Shown here piece after piece: positions 37,525 to 51,439 of a DNA stretch of 64,000 bases. The translations under genes and the position numbers were made by a program. Location: assembly GCF_036321535.1 (NCBI RefSeq), contig NC_087438.1, forward strand, positions 3,102,001 through 3,166,000, given 5' to 3'. How positions within the stretch are numbered: position 1 is the stretch's first letter; every line of letters starts with the position of its first letter. Below the pieces are notes generated by a model that was given only the letters and a program-made list of their open reading frames with translations, did not search any database and was not told the origin of the DNA. The stretch comes from Camelus dromedarius (Eukaryota).

Positions 37525-40325
37525 TTACAGGATATTTTTCATCTATTTGACACATAATAAACTGCGAGGACTTAAAATGCATAATTTGATGAGCTGTGGC
37601 ATATGAACACAGCCACAAAACCATCATCACGCTGGAACGTGAACCCTCCAGAAGCTTTCTCATGCCTCTTTGCCCCCATGCACACCCTTCCTTCACCCTC
37701 AGCCAGGAACTACTCATCTGCTTTTTTGTCACTACAGAGTAGTTTTCATTTTCTAAAATTGTTGTATTCGTGAGTTTATGTGACATACACTCTTATTTTT
37801 TGAAGGTGGGGGAGGCTGACTTTTTTCCTCAGCACAATTATTTGGAGATTCATCCACGCTGCTCTGTGTACCAACGGTTCATGTTTGTTATTGCAGACAG
37901 GCTTCCGCTGTGAACCCCTCAGCAGGTTTAGCCGTCGCCTGATGACAGATGTTTGGACTGTTTCCAGTTAAGGGTATAAGAAATAAAGTTATTTGTGAAT
38001 ATTGAACAATCCTCGCATCTCTGGGATAAACCCCACTTGGCCATGGTGTGTGACCCTTTTAATGTATTGTTGGGTTCTTTCTGTTAGTATTTTGTGGAGG
38101 GTTTTTGCATCTATGTTCATCAGTGATGTTGGCCTGCAATTTTGTTTTTTGTGATATCTCTGTCTGGTTTTGATATCAGGGTGATTGTGAGTTTGGAAGT
38201 GTTCCTTCCTCTGCAGTTTTTTAGAATAGTTTCAGAAGGACAGGTGTTAACTCTTCTCTAAATGTCTTTTAGGATTCACCTGTGAAGCCGTCTGGCCCTG
38301 GGCTTTTGTTTGCTGGGTTTTTTAATTACTGACTCAATTCCAGTCCTAGTAACTGGTCTGTTCATAGTTTCTATTTCTTCCTGGTTCAGCCTTGGGAGAG
38401 TGTACGTTTCTAACAGCTCTCTGTTTAACCTCAGTTCTCAAAGATTTTTTTCTGTGCTTCCTTCTGTAGTTTTAAAGTTTTACGTTTAGATCTATAGTTT
38501 ATTTTGAGTAAATTTCTCTATGTTTGGATCAAAATTTATTTTCTTCGCATATAGAGCCTAATAGTTTCAGCCCCATTTCTTCAAAACCTATTCTTTTTTT
38601 CACTTTTGCACCTTTGTTGAAAATTAATTGACCATATACATTTGCATCTGTACCTGGACATTACACTCGTTTAAGTTGATTTTTATTATTATCTTTTTTA
38701 TCAATATCACACTGTCTTGGTTACTGTAGTTTCACAGTAGATTTTGAAATCAAGTGGCATAAATCATCCAACTTTGCTTTTACAAAATCACTTGGTTTCT
38801 CTAATCCTTCATATTTCTACGTAAATTTTACAATCAGCTTGTTAATTTCAATAAAAAGAAGCCTCCTGAGATTTTAATTGGGATTTTATTGAACCTATAT
38901 ATCAATTTGACAAGAATTGAAATCCTAACAACATTAAGCTCTTCAACTTATGAATACAGTATGCCTCTCCATTTATTTATGTCTCCTCTGATTTATCTCA
39001 TAGATATATTTTCCTTTTTAAAATCAAGATTTTTTGCACATAATTTCTTAGATTTATATCAAAATATTTGAGAATTTTTGTAAACAATGCGAATGTCACT
39101 TTTTATTTGAATTTCAAATTGACTTTTTATCTTGTTTTCTTTGATTATACTAAACCCAATCACTAATTTCATTAGCATTTTTATATTCTTTGGGATTGTA
39201 TACATAGATGATCATGTCAGCCAGGAATAGACACAGGTTAATTACTTCCTTTATAATATGTTTGCCTTTTTCTCTCAAACCTCATTGTCCTGGCCTGGAC
39301 CTTCACTAGGACATTGAGCAGGAGGGTGAGAAGGGGCACTCTTGCTTTGTGTCAGCCTTGGGGAAAACACATTTGGTCTCTTACTTTATAGTAAAATTTG
39401 AATTGGAAGTTTTACATAAATTCATTTTTACCAGCTTGTGGGAATTCCTTCATATTCCCAGTCTTCTAAGTGATTTTACTTTAAATGAAAGTTTAATTTT
39501 GTCAGTTTTGGGGGAGAACTTACTGAGATGATCATATGGTTTGAATTCCTTAATTTGATGGCATGGCGAACTGCAATAATCTGTTTTCAAGGGCTGATCA
39601 AGTTTTCCATACTCAGAGTAAACCAACATGTTCATGAAGTATCGTCCTTTTTATGTAGTGCTGGACTTAATCTGTCCATTTTTCATTGAAGAGGTCGTAG
39701 TGCCCTTTTTTGCAATGTCTTTAGTTTGCTTTATTAGGATGGTATTCATCTCATGAATCACCGAGGAAATGTTCCTTCTTTTGTAAATTTCTGGGGGAGT
39801 TTGCGTAGCATTGACATTATTTATTTATTTACTAAATTGTCTAATGTTCCAATGGCACCATCTGACCCCGGAATTCTCTTGTTGGAAGTTTTCAAATGGC
39901 AAATTCAATTTCTTTAAAAGAACTATGACTAGTATATTTATTTCTCCTTGAATGGGCTGGATAGTTTATTCCTTTCAAACAACTTGCCTATTTAATCTAA
40001 GCTGGCCAATTCATAAGCATGTAGTTATCTGTAATATTTCCTCATTACCATTTTAATGTCTATAGAGTTTATAATGACCGTCCCTCCTTTATTTCTGATA
40101 TTGGTCATCTGTGGGTTTTCTCTTTTTCCCCACATCAGTCTAGCTAGAGGGTTGTCAAAAACAACAAAAAAACAAAACAAAACAAAACAACAGGTTTTGT
40201 TTCATTGCTGTTTCTATTGCTTTTCTGTTTTCTATTTAATTGAGCTCAGCTCCCATCGGCATTATTTTCTTTCTCTCTCGTGTTTTCATTTAACCTACTT
40301 TTACCTGTCTATTTTTTCCAGGTAG
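37525..40325 (-). mobile_element. Old L1 (3' UTR plus ORF2 remnants) containing a less diverged internal L1 segment at ~37998-38413
   Basis: Antisense 3' end (tgacacataataaactgc...accatcatcac), then ORF2 blocks (aaaattaattgaccatata, cacactgtcttggttactgtagttt, gagaaggggcactcttgctttgt). Confidence 0.85.
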
Positions 40326-40894
40326 AGTAAGCTGGTATGTTTAACAAGACCAGGAGAAAGAGAATGATGCCATGTGTTCCCAAGTGACCGACAAGACTGT
40401 CCCACCGTTCACGCAACGAAGGCTAAGGATTTAATGAAGAGTGCTTCATACAAAGAGAGTACTGCATTACCTTTCCCTTCCGTTTATATTACTTTGTCTT
40501 TAGAACCTTTGAACCCCCTTGTTTTTAAGGTTGAAATGATGCAACTCATTTTACACTCGTTTTTTTTTCCATCTGACTCCACAACATCAGATATGCTTCC
40601 CAGTTTCTCATAAATTTAACAGCTTACTTCATGCTTTTCCTGCCCATTCTAAAACAAGTATTCTGTCTGGTCTATAACCTCACTTCAACATACTCATATG
40701 AGAGTGTTTTCTTATCCTTGAAATTACATCTAGTAACGTAAAGTACCCCTACTAACACTACAGCAACACATCCATGTACGTTTGATGTTAAAAAGTCTCC
40801 CTTTTGGGAGTTGTTTGATAAGGACTTTTCATTTGCAGTTTAGATTAATTTTTGAATGAAGAAACTATTGTGTATCACTTCGTATTTGTTAAAC

Positions 40895-41615
40895 ATTTTT
40901 ATTGAGTTATAGTCAGTTTACAATGTTGTGTCAATTTCCAGTGTAGAGCACAATTTTTCAGTTATACATGAACATACATATATTCATTGTCACATTTTTT
41001 GTTTTCGCTGTGAGCTACCACAAGATCTTGTACATATTTCCCTGTGCTATACAGTATAATCTTGTTTATCTATTCTGCATTTTGAAATCTCAGTCTGCCC
41101 CTTCCCACCCCCCGCCCCCTTAGCAACCACAGATTTGTATTCTTTGTCTATGAGTCTGTTTCTGTTTCGTATTTGTATTATTATTTTTTTTTTTTAGATT
41201 CCACATATGAGCAATCTCATATGGTTATTTTTCTCTCTCTTTCTGGCTTACTTCACTTAGAATGACATTCTCCAGGAACATCCATGTTGCTGCAAATGGC
41301 GTTATGTTGTCATTTTTATGGCTGAATGGTATTCCATGGTATAAATATACCACCTCTTCTTTATCCAGTCATCTGTTGATGGACATTTAGGCTGTTTCCA
41401 TGTCTTGGCTATTGTAAATAGTGCTGCTATGAACATTGGGGAGCAGGTGTCATTTTGAAGTAGGGTTCCTTCTGGATATATGCCCAGGAGCGGGATTCCT
41501 GGGTCACATGGTAAGTCTATTCCTAGTCTTTTGAGGAATCTCCATACTGTTTTCCACAGTGGCTGCACCAAACTGCATTCCCACCAGCAGTGTAGGAGGG
41601 CTCCCTTTTCTCCAC
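40895..41615 (-). mobile_element. Young lineage-specific L1, 5'-truncated (~720 bp)
   Basis: ORF 41302..41571 ([16 protein letters not shown]...PMFIAALFTIAKTWKQPKCPSTDDWIKKRWYIYTMEYHSAIK) is a well-preserved ORF2 C-terminus followed by the 3' UTR. Confidence 0.95.
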
Positions 41616-42134
41616 TTTGCTTTTTTAACTTTATTATATTAGCTTCTATAGAGAAACCAATTTCTCATCCACAGATCCACATTCTTTATCTTCTAACTCC
41701 ACACACTCCTCTGTCATTGCTGTTAACACCTTTTTAGAGTGTGCACCACACACTTTCTCTATACTGTCTGCAATACAGAGGCTACTTTTCGCTACCCTTT
41801 TTTAAATTTCATCATGAGACTTTAATCCCCTTCCAGACGCTTGCATCTCCTCCGGTTCCTCTGTGGCCCTCACAGTCTGTCAGATAGCTTGTTCTCACTC
41901 TTGGTCTTCTATTTGCTATTCATTGGGTCAGTGTTTCTATTTACTTTGTAGTCGTTGGAGCTCTTTCTTTCTAAAGTCCTGCTTTTGAAAGTTTTAAATG
42001 GAGGAAGTAGTGCATGTTTTATGAGATAATACAAATAAGTGTAAAGGAAGTTTTAATTCTGTCCGTCATCTCCATTTAAGGTAAATTGGGTCAATAACCT
42101 GGCGTGTTTGTCTGTAGCCGATTCTACTTTTTCT

Positions 42135-42612
42135 TCAAGTGACCACAGCAGTGTATCTGGTCCTGTATCTCTTCCATAAAAGATGACTTCTATTTCATGC
42201 TCTTCTTGAATTTGGCAGGTGTTTGTGATTGCTTCAGTCAATAGAATGTGGTAGAATTAATGCAACTTGACTTCTGAGGTTAGATCATGGGGCAACACGG
42301 CTTCCAGACAGTTTGTGTCTCTGTCTCCATCTCTGTCTCTCTGTCTGACTTTGGAACGCAGACACATAGAGGAAAAAGTGAAAGGAAAGGGCCGGCCGGC
42401 CCGTAGCTAGAAGCCAGCGTGAACCTCCCGACTTGTGATCAAACGATACTTTAGATTATTCTAAACCCTGGGCCTCAAGGCTCCAGCTGGACTCTGATTA
42501 TCATAGTACAGAGACAAGCCGTCCAGCTCTGTCATGTCCAAACTCCTCAAGCTCGGGACCCTTGAGTATAATAAGTGGCTATTTTATGCCCCTATTTTTG
42601 GTGTCAGTTGAG
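42135..42612 (+). mobile_element. MaLR solo LTR (MLT1H/G-like)
   Basis: cttgaatttggcagg...ttgtgattgcttcagtcaatagaatgtggtagaa...gacttctgaggttagatcat...cagagacaagccgtcc...tgagtataataagtggctattttatgcc. Confidence 0.8.
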
Positions 42613-43129
42613 AGTGAGAGTGAGAGGGAGACTTGTTAGTTTAGTTTGGTCTTCTGTTTCCTTTTAACTAAAGTTACACTGCTCACATCATGCTGCAGGT
42701 TAACTGCTTTTCCTAAGTGAACTATCGAGAGACAGCAGCGTAGATGCAAGTCCAACTTCAAAGACCGCAGGGGGCACCGTTTTCATAGTCTCTCCACGCA
42801 CATGTCCTGTGACTGGGAACCCTTGCAGGCATAACCTGATGCTCTCACATCTCATCTTTTTTGGATTTTTTTTTTTTTACCTTCTTCCATGCTCATATAA
42901 CAGACACAAATACTCACATATGTATGCTTATATAGATACGAGAAAAGTGTTTGTGCGATTGTTCATTTCATAAAAACAGGGTAGTACTCTGCACATAATT
43001 ATTTTATTTTTCATTATTTTTCATTGCCTAGTATAGTGCTGGGACATACTTCATCTTCAATGTATGATTTCATCCTGAATGTGTGAAGGCACAGAGGCGG
43101 AGTGCACTGTTACTGCAGGCATTATTAGA

Positions 43130-43335
43130 GCCAACTTATTTGGAAGAACCACAACTTTGTTATTATTTAACCCCCCAGATGAACTCTGTATCACGGGGAC
43201 TGACCAAATCAAGGCGCAAGTTCTGGCTGCCTGGATATCCCCCTCTGATACATTTCATGGTCCTGGTGAGGGAGGGTGACAGCCAATCCCTGCTCTGGCC
43301 AAGAGCAGAAAAGCAGGACCAGGATAAGAACCATG
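43130..43335 (-). mobile_element. MIR fragment
   Basis: ttatttaacccccc...actgaccaaatcaaggc...gccaagagcagaaaagcaggaccaggataagaacc. Confidence 0.5.
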
Positions 43336-46300
43336 ACTTACTTCAGCCTCGGCGACCACTGAGTAAGTCGTCAGCACACCGTCCACGCGCCGGCATGTTC
43401 ATGATCAGGCCTATTATCTGAGGTTAGACCATGTCCAAGCCATCAAGGGAAACATAAGAATGTTTACGTATCTTTCCACATTATTTTCATTCTTCTTTGT
43501 GATGTGGGGACGGGTACCTCTGTCGGGGCAATGTTCTTGCCACTAGAAACATGAAACCAAGTCAGCTATAAAAATACCTCTTATCTGTGCAGCCTGCATA
43601 GTTTTGTGAGGAAGAGAATCAGGTTGAAATGCCTGATATGCTGCCAAAACCTAAATTTCCTCCAATCTCAAATCACTGTATGAAACGTTCTAAAAAGCTG
43701 GCTCTCCCATAGCTAAACAAGACAAACCACATACAATTAGAGAATTGCGTGTGTGGCCGTATGTTCTGGAAGAGTTCAACATCATCTGTGGCTGAGGGCC
43801 AAACACGGAAACGGAGAGAGCAGAGCTGCCAAGCCCTGCTCTGCCCCTTCACTTTCAAACTATATTCTTCACTGAGCTGCTCACCACCTGGCCTCTTACT
43901 ATGTTTTTGTTTTCTACCCTTTTCTCGCTCATCAGAATATACATACCATGAGGCTACTCCAAACAGGACTCTCCTTTGTTTCCTTTTATAGCCTCAGTAT
44001 CTAGAGCCTATTAGACACTCGCCAAATATTTCTGAAATTAATGAGAGAACAAAGAAAACGGTCCCTCTGTCAAACGGTGAAGTGAGTTCTGGGACCACTG
44101 GCACCTGTGCTAATTCCTCGTAGCAGGTCACAGGACAGCTGACGGCAGCACCCTTCCCCTCCAGGTTATGACCTAGGGAAAAGGTTCGTGGATTTTGTGA
44201 ACCAAATCCTGCTTTTCATTTGTTAAAGAAACTCCAAGGGCATCAAAGACAAATTCTTATATTTTGCAAAGTTCATATACATGAATATCTTATAAACTAA
44301 GAATAGTTCTTTGGCCAGGAAAAATATAAAGCTAATGAAAAGGCAAGCTGCTAAAACCTCAGGTGGAAAACCAGTGGTGTGCCACCCAGACACTTAGTTT
44401 TGCTGCTTTGGTGAGAAAAGACGCCATGTATCTCGTAGCGACTCTCCACCTCCTGCATCCGCAGGTGTTGCTGACAAGGACTCTGCCCCAAATCCCCAAA
44501 GCAGATGCTTTTAATGCTGTATAAATAGTTAACATCATCAAAGCTGAGACTAAACCACCTACATTTTTGAAGACATTTTACTGAGAAGTTATCCCAGAGG
44601 ATAACTTCAAGTGTCTGATTGAAATTCTCAGCAATAAGAAGAACAGAAGAAAACTGATTGCATGAACTATTGAACAGACAAGAGGCCATTCATGAACTGA
44701 TGCCCCTGACGTGTCTCTGGCTGTGTGAATAGGGCAAACACTTCAGCTCAAAGGCCCTGCAGTCTTAGGAGCTGCAGACCTTTGCTTTAAATGGCAGTTT
44801 GGAAGAAGTTTGGAGGCAGAGAGCTATGTGAAGTCTTCGGGCCGAGAGAAATCATGCCAAATGCTCTACTTGAAAACGGGAAGTTCTGGTCATTTTTTCT
44901 GATAGTAAAATTTTAGCTCCTTTGAAACTTTAGAACTATTCTTTAAATTTGTTTCCTTGTAGAAGAATCTTTCCATTGAGATTTGAATCTGCCCTAAAGG
45001 CACAAACACCACCCAAGGTGAACTCACTGAGTTGAGGACAAAAGATAAATGACATGACTTAATCCCTGAGTCTTGAAACCTTTAAATATTTATTGAATTA
45101 GCCTCCTCTTTCCTGGCCAGGAAACTTATAATATCTATAATTTGCCAAAGTATTATTTTAAGAATTTACTCATTTGTTGCCAAGAATAAGAAAGCTTGAA
45201 AATGGTTGGATAGCAAAGAGAATGCTCATAGCTCTTTTTGAAGTTCTCCACAATTTCAATTTTTAATTTAATCTAAACACCAGTGTGATTTTTATTTATT
45301 TGGATTTAACCTTATGCAGAAGTAAATTGTATTTACTGTTTTCTTTGTGCAATTTGTATTTAGTTCCCTTGTTTTCTTCAGGAAAACTTTATCACGTGCT
45401 CTCATGATAAATGAGAGACCTAATTTATAGAGATATGTTTTTCTCACTTAGGGAGTCAAAGTAACACTACTCCAGTGAGGTGAGAATAGAAGCATCCTGT
45501 GTTTTCCAGCAGTTTCTATGCCCGTGTGTATATAATCAGTTCATTGTAGTCTATTATAAAATCTGAGCTTACTCGTGTCCAGGAGTTTGTTTTATTATTT
45601 CTAAAGTGGGCTAAGCATAGAAGTTCCTCTTTAGATACTGTTAGGGAAAATTATCAGACCCAGATGAAGTCCGTGCCCAATTTAGTGATAATCCTCGTGT
45701 GCAGCATGGCACATGCTGGCTGCAGGGAAGAGAGAGTCGGTGCTGATCTAACTCCCATGGACCACCCCAGGCACAGAGAAGCCTGGGGCCCATGTTCAAT
45801 GAACTGGGTGCGCTAAGTAACTCTTGTTCTAAGCATTGCTTCAGACTCAGGATTCAGGGACCTGTGTCTGAAATTCTCACCGTGAGTTGGGTTTCCCTTG
45901 GCATCTGCAGCAGACAATGGAACAGACTGTTGCCAGCCAGTCTTGTGCTGAAAATGGGCAGACAAGTAACAGAAGTAAGACTGTCCTCTTCTCACTTAGG
46001 CAAGTTCACATTTCTTTGTTCTTCTCAGTTTAAAATCCGTGCTACAGACTCAGGGCACAGGCGATCTTTTCCCTTGCACCACCGGACATTAGCACCACTT
46101 CCAGGAGCAGTTCCTAATGCATCGAGGTCGAAAACAGGTAAAAATGCTAGTGATAAAAATGTGTTAAAAAAAGAAGAAAGAAAGTACACGTTTTTGTTGG
46201 TTTATTTGCTGGTATTTTGGTGCCTGACTGAAGGTGCTGAAGAGTCAGCAGTCAAGAAGCAGAAACTTGATAATATTCACCTTCCAAAAAAAAGAATAAA

Positions 46301-48619
46301 GTTGCTTTTAAGGCTGCACTCAGCAGAGAAAACAAGTTCACATTTAGGTCAGTCTTGACGGGCCTCTGAGACTGCTTCAGGCTTGTTTCTACCTCCAACT
46401 CAACATCATCCTCAATTAATCTGCTCTTGTCCAGAAGTAGAGAAAGATCTTAAAGAGTCTTACTCTGTCTTGCTGTGAAGAGCTTTCTCCTTGGAGAGAG
46501 CAGCACACAAATTGTAAGATTAAACCTTCTTTTTTGGGCCCAGGAACCTAAGTTAATCTAGCGAGACCTGGGGTGTCTTACAGAGGAAAATAGGCAGAGT
46601 GAGATCAAGAAACATAATCCACAGTGACTGAAACGTGCATTCACAGCCAGTCCTTGGGGCTGGGTGAAATTTTTCACATACAAGAGAACATTCCAAAAGG
46701 AGTGATGCCTGGTGAATTCAGCGCTAGCATGGTCTAGGAAAAGAATAACAAGCTTGAGATTGGTAAGGATACTGACAATTCCAAACCCAGCTGGCCTTAG
46801 GGGTCATGATCAGAACTCTCCAGGGTCCCAGCCATCTTAATTTTTCCTGTAATTTGACCACTATGGGTAAGTCTTTCCAATATATGTGAGTCTTGATACT
46901 GACATTTCAAAAGGGGAAGTGCAATGGAAAATTTTGCTATGTTTTGTGGCCATTATCTACATTCCAGTTTCCAAGAAATTATGAACTTCCATGTATCAAA
47001 TATGTGGCTGCCACACAATGTGAAATATTCTTGATTCCCAGGGTTTTGTCACAGCAGGAGATAGAAGTCTGCAGAGGCCAGCGACTGTTTCATTCAACCC
47101 AATAAAAGAAAAATAACTGAATTCTGCTGTTCTATGCTTCTACTTAAAATGGCAATTTTTCATTCTGCAAATGTACCAATCCCTTAACTAGACATTGTCT
47201 ATATTTACGTTCACAGGATTTCCTCTAGCAGTCAATATTGAGTTCTAGATGGATGGAAATGACCCACTTTCCTTATGCTTTCTGGCTCTCCAAAGTCACC
47301 GTAGCTGACACATAACAGACAATCAGTGTTATCTCCCTTTCTCGTTATTAGCTGATAGAGAGGTTTCTATGTAAAGGGAGCTGGAAATTATGATCAAGTC
47401 CCTCCAGGACAGGTTGAATACTGAGCGATGCTCTCACAAAGTGATGCGAGGATATCTGAGTTGAAGCTTTAGCATCTAAGGTAAGGTCTGTACCATTCAA
47501 GACTAAGAACATTAATTCAAAAATCCCAAAAATAATGAAAGCTCAGATGGTTGTCAAATTGCTAACAGAGTTCTCCAAATGTAACAGAAAGGGTGAATGT
47601 GCTGAATGATGGAATATCTGTGCCTGAAATCCACATGTTTCTCTTGTAAAATAATGATATAGGAGTATTTTGTTGTTGCCATGGAGGAAAAAAACAAATC
47701 TGAAAAGCTTAAATATATTCTTATTCAGTCAAGTAGTAGGCTTGAAAGCAGGACACATCAGTTTTTTCCTGTCTTTATTTTTTTTCTATGAAATTGAATG
47801 AACACCAAGACCACACCATTGGGATTGTATTATTAGCGGTTCTAGGAGCAAATACATTGACAACACTAATAAATTATATTTGGAGCAGACTGGGATAGTT
47901 CTGAGAGCTGAAGAGCTCCGAGAACTTCATTCAACGCTAAGCTTTTAAACAAAGATCTTGTAAGAGTAAATATGGCTAGAGTCCTGTCAGAAAAACCTGG
48001 GAGTTCCACAGGTTTAGGTAGTTGAGCTCAGTTTATTTTAAAAATGTGTTAAAAACAAAAATGAACGTGGGCTCCTAATGCCTAAGCTTTCACACCCTTC
48101 GTCACAAGGTTAACATGGTGGAGACTCCGCTCCCTTAACTACCGGCATTTATTCAAGTAGCCACATCTAGGAATGGCCACACACTCTTATTCGTCAAAGG
48201 CTTTGAAATATGTATTTTAACTATGTTTCAAATGGGGTAAAAGCTTACTTCTTTTTACAAGCCTTTTCATCAACATGTCCAGGATTATTATGCCAGTTTT
48301 GTTTTTTTCTGTGCTTTTTTTTCTCTTCATGTATTTATTTATGTTGTTTTAGTTTTCTGTTTAATTATCTCACAGTTCATTTCAAACCAGTAACTTGAAG
48401 ACTGTTCATCTTCTCCCATAGATTGCTCTTACTGATTTTCAATAATCAATTGAAACGTTTTTCAGAACTTCTCTATCTGGATGCTCAGGCACTCTCCGGG
48501 AATGGGGAGCCTACGTGACTCCCCTCTGTGTGACTCCCCACGGCAAGCACAGTGCACCCTGCGTGGTAAGTTTATCTCTTACAATTTTCAAAGAGTTAGT
48601 AAATTGTTCCAACAGATTT

Positions 48620-50320
48620 TGGATTACTTAAATTGAGAAACTTGAAACAAAGCCAAATATATTAACTTCATGAAATATAAATAAGAAATTTAAACTACAC
48701 TGCACTGAAAACACACTGGACAGTTGCAGTAATTGTACAGGTCAGAGACCACCGATGGCGACTTGAAAGAGTTGCTGCAAAATGCCCCTCAGTAATGACT
48801 CGTTTACCCGGTGAACTAGGACAAAATAAGGATATGTTTAAGCCACGGGTGTGCCCAAGTCATACAGTTTTTCTGGAGGAATTATTAAAGGATGAATATT
48901 GAGAATACTGAGCGAAGGTAGAAGAGTAAGAATACGATTTTAAAAAATAAACAAAGAAACTAAGACTTTTTTTTGTAAATCCAAATAAGTATTATATTAA
49001 GAAAAAGCACAGTGACAGCATTGTTATTCCTCAACATTTTTTTAAAAGATGAAAATAAAATACAACAATAGCATGGGAGATGAAGGTGTTTGGAGTTGCA
49101 TCTTTCTATGTACCCTTTATGAACTACTAGTTAAGAAGAGATTTACCATGTTTATATATTATATTGATTAATTTTAGACACAGTCACATGAGTATGTGAA
49201 ATAGTTACAGTTACCTAAAATATACAAAATTTATGGTTTCAAACATGTCTGTAAAAAATAAGGAATGAGTAGATAGATAGGTAAGTAGATGCAAGGATCC
49301 AACAGATAAGAAAAAAAGAAGCAAAAAGTAGTAAATAGAACATAGATGAGATGCTAGAAAAATGTATCAGCGTAACTGAAAATGTCAGTGTTCTGCTATC
49401 ATCCTCAGAGATCCCTTTATCATTTCACCCTGACAGCCTGCACCCCTGTCTCTCCATTTACACCACTGTTCCACCTCTCACAAAGGCCAGACCTTACCTG
49501 ATGACAAACATACACCAAAACATGAGATGAAACAACTCCATGCTCCTGACCAGGCAGCTCTGTGCTGTCTCCCTCTTCCTAGACGTCTCAGCACTGCCTG
49601 AGTTAAACCTACCCTCCTTCCCACTCAACCCCATCTTTTCTTGGCCTTTTTCTCTGCAAGGATTGGCTCCTGAGGACCTAGTGTAAGATAATCAATAATG
49701 GCAACAAATTGAATGGACTACATTCCTGTTAAAATATAGGGACTTCCAATTAGGACCAAAGGATTAAAAATAGATAAATTAAACAAAATTAAAATCCCTC
49801 CCCAAACTCTGGTCTTTTATCAGGCAAGTACAAACCATAAGGAAGCCAGTGTATCTATATTGAGATTATAAAATAGACTTTAAGCAACACAGAGTTCACA
49901 GCAGATGAATGCTATCATTGCATCATGATAAAAGATTCATTTTACTTAAAAGATATAGCATTCCGGAATCTGTATGTACCTAACACAAATTATAAAAGGC
50001 AGAACATTAAGAGAATTACAAGAAGAAATGGACAAATTCACCATCATAATATAGATCTTGACATAACTTTCTTAGAAATTGATAGATTAAGTAGAAGTTC
50101 TGAATAACACACTTAACATCCATGTCATGATGGAATACAGTGTGTCCTATACTCAATATTTAGAGAACAAACATTTTTGAAGCACACACAAAGGATTTAT
50201 GAAAATTAAATATACCATAGCCTGCAAAATATATCTCAAACAATTATAAAAATATCTATATAGTGCCTACCATATTTTCTGAACTTGACTCTTTGAAATA
50301 GCTACAAATCAATACTGAAA
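48620..50320 (+). mobile_element. Decayed L1 (ORF1 to ORF2 endonuclease region) with a C-rich L2-like insert at ~49400-49660
   Basis: ORF2-EN-like blocks aaaatagactttaagc, atgataaaagattcatt, aatctgtatgtacctaacac, agaattacaagaagaaatggacaaattcacc. Confidence 0.7.
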
Positions 50321-50321
50321 A

Positions 50322-50753
50322 AGTTACTGAGTCCAAGCTCATACTGCTTGCCACATGACAGACCAATAAGTAGAGAGATGAGGTGTTGGGACAAGGAATA
50401 GTGACTTTGTTTGGAAATCCAGTAGACCAAGAAAATGGTGGACTAGTGTCCCAAAGAACCATCTTGCCCAGGTTTGGATGCTAATTTCTTTTATAGAGTA
50501 AACAGAGGGAGGTGAAAAGTTAAAGTAAAAAGGGTGATAAGTTGTTGCAAATATTTCCTGGTTCCAGCCAGACTCTGGGAGGGATGTGTTAATGTCTTCT
50601 TTCCTGCAGCCATTCACTGGTAGATCAGGTCAAGGTTTAAGCTATAGGCGACATCCCTTTTGTGATTAATTTGTAGTGAAAACAATAAAATACAAAAGTT
50701 AAAGCAAAAGAAATGGATCTAATATGAAGTCGTATTTGTTTTTCCCTGTTACA
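50322..50753 (-). mobile_element. ERV1-class solo LTR inserted in the L1
   Basis: ~430 bp bounded by (a)gttac...tgttaca with aaaa on both flanks (4-bp TSD). Minus strand has ctctataaaag (TATA) followed by a decayed poly(A) signal (aacaaagtcac). Confidence 0.75.
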
Positions 50754-51439
50754 AAAATATAACTCTCACATCCTTTCCTTAGAAAAGCAGCTTTCTAAAT
50801 TATAGTGTGTAAACTGATGATGAAATACTGAAAGTTAGAAAAATGTGATTTCAACTACACCTTTGTTGATGTAAATATTGTTTCCATAGCATAGCCAAGG
50901 AGGTTGAAAATTAGAGACATGCTTCCGTGTTTTGCCCAAGCACATCATGCTAAGTAAATGCCAAAACTGGACATTAAAGTCAAATCTTCTGATTTGAGAA
51001 ACTGTTCTTCTTAATGCTATTAAACGTCTGCACATAAAATAACTTGTATAGTCAATAAATACTTCATTTTATCTAATGAAGTTAATTCTTGTACACTGAG
51101 TGTATCTGCACGGAATATTCAGAGATTTGAATCATCACCGCAAATATATTCAGGCCTAAAACTACCTAACTGCTCTCATCTTTGACTTATTATACTGTAT
51201 TCCTGTTTAGATCACATGGGTTATAAAGACAGGACATCCTGTTAATTTATGTTTAGACTTGTGAAAAATAGCAACCAGCATCCCAAATAAGCCATATTGC
51301 TTGGTAAGTTTCTTTATTACACACAAATATAACCAATCCTTTGTAAAAGAGGCTAAACTTAGATTTCAGAGCTATTCTGTAACAGCCACGCACTTCATTG
51401 TGCCTGCGCTACGGTGATCTGACCTCTCTTTTGGCTTTG

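Noticed and set aside
41302..41571. 89-aa ORF as a host gene
   Set aside because: It is the L1 ORF2 C-terminus of a 5'-truncated copy with no promoter.
42389..42402. 14-bp palindrome gggccggccggccc
   Set aside because: Low-complexity (GGCC)n inside an MLT1 LTR with no other support.
45792..46358. 188-aa ORF
   Set aside because: No recognisable homology or promoter context; consistent with a chance ORF.
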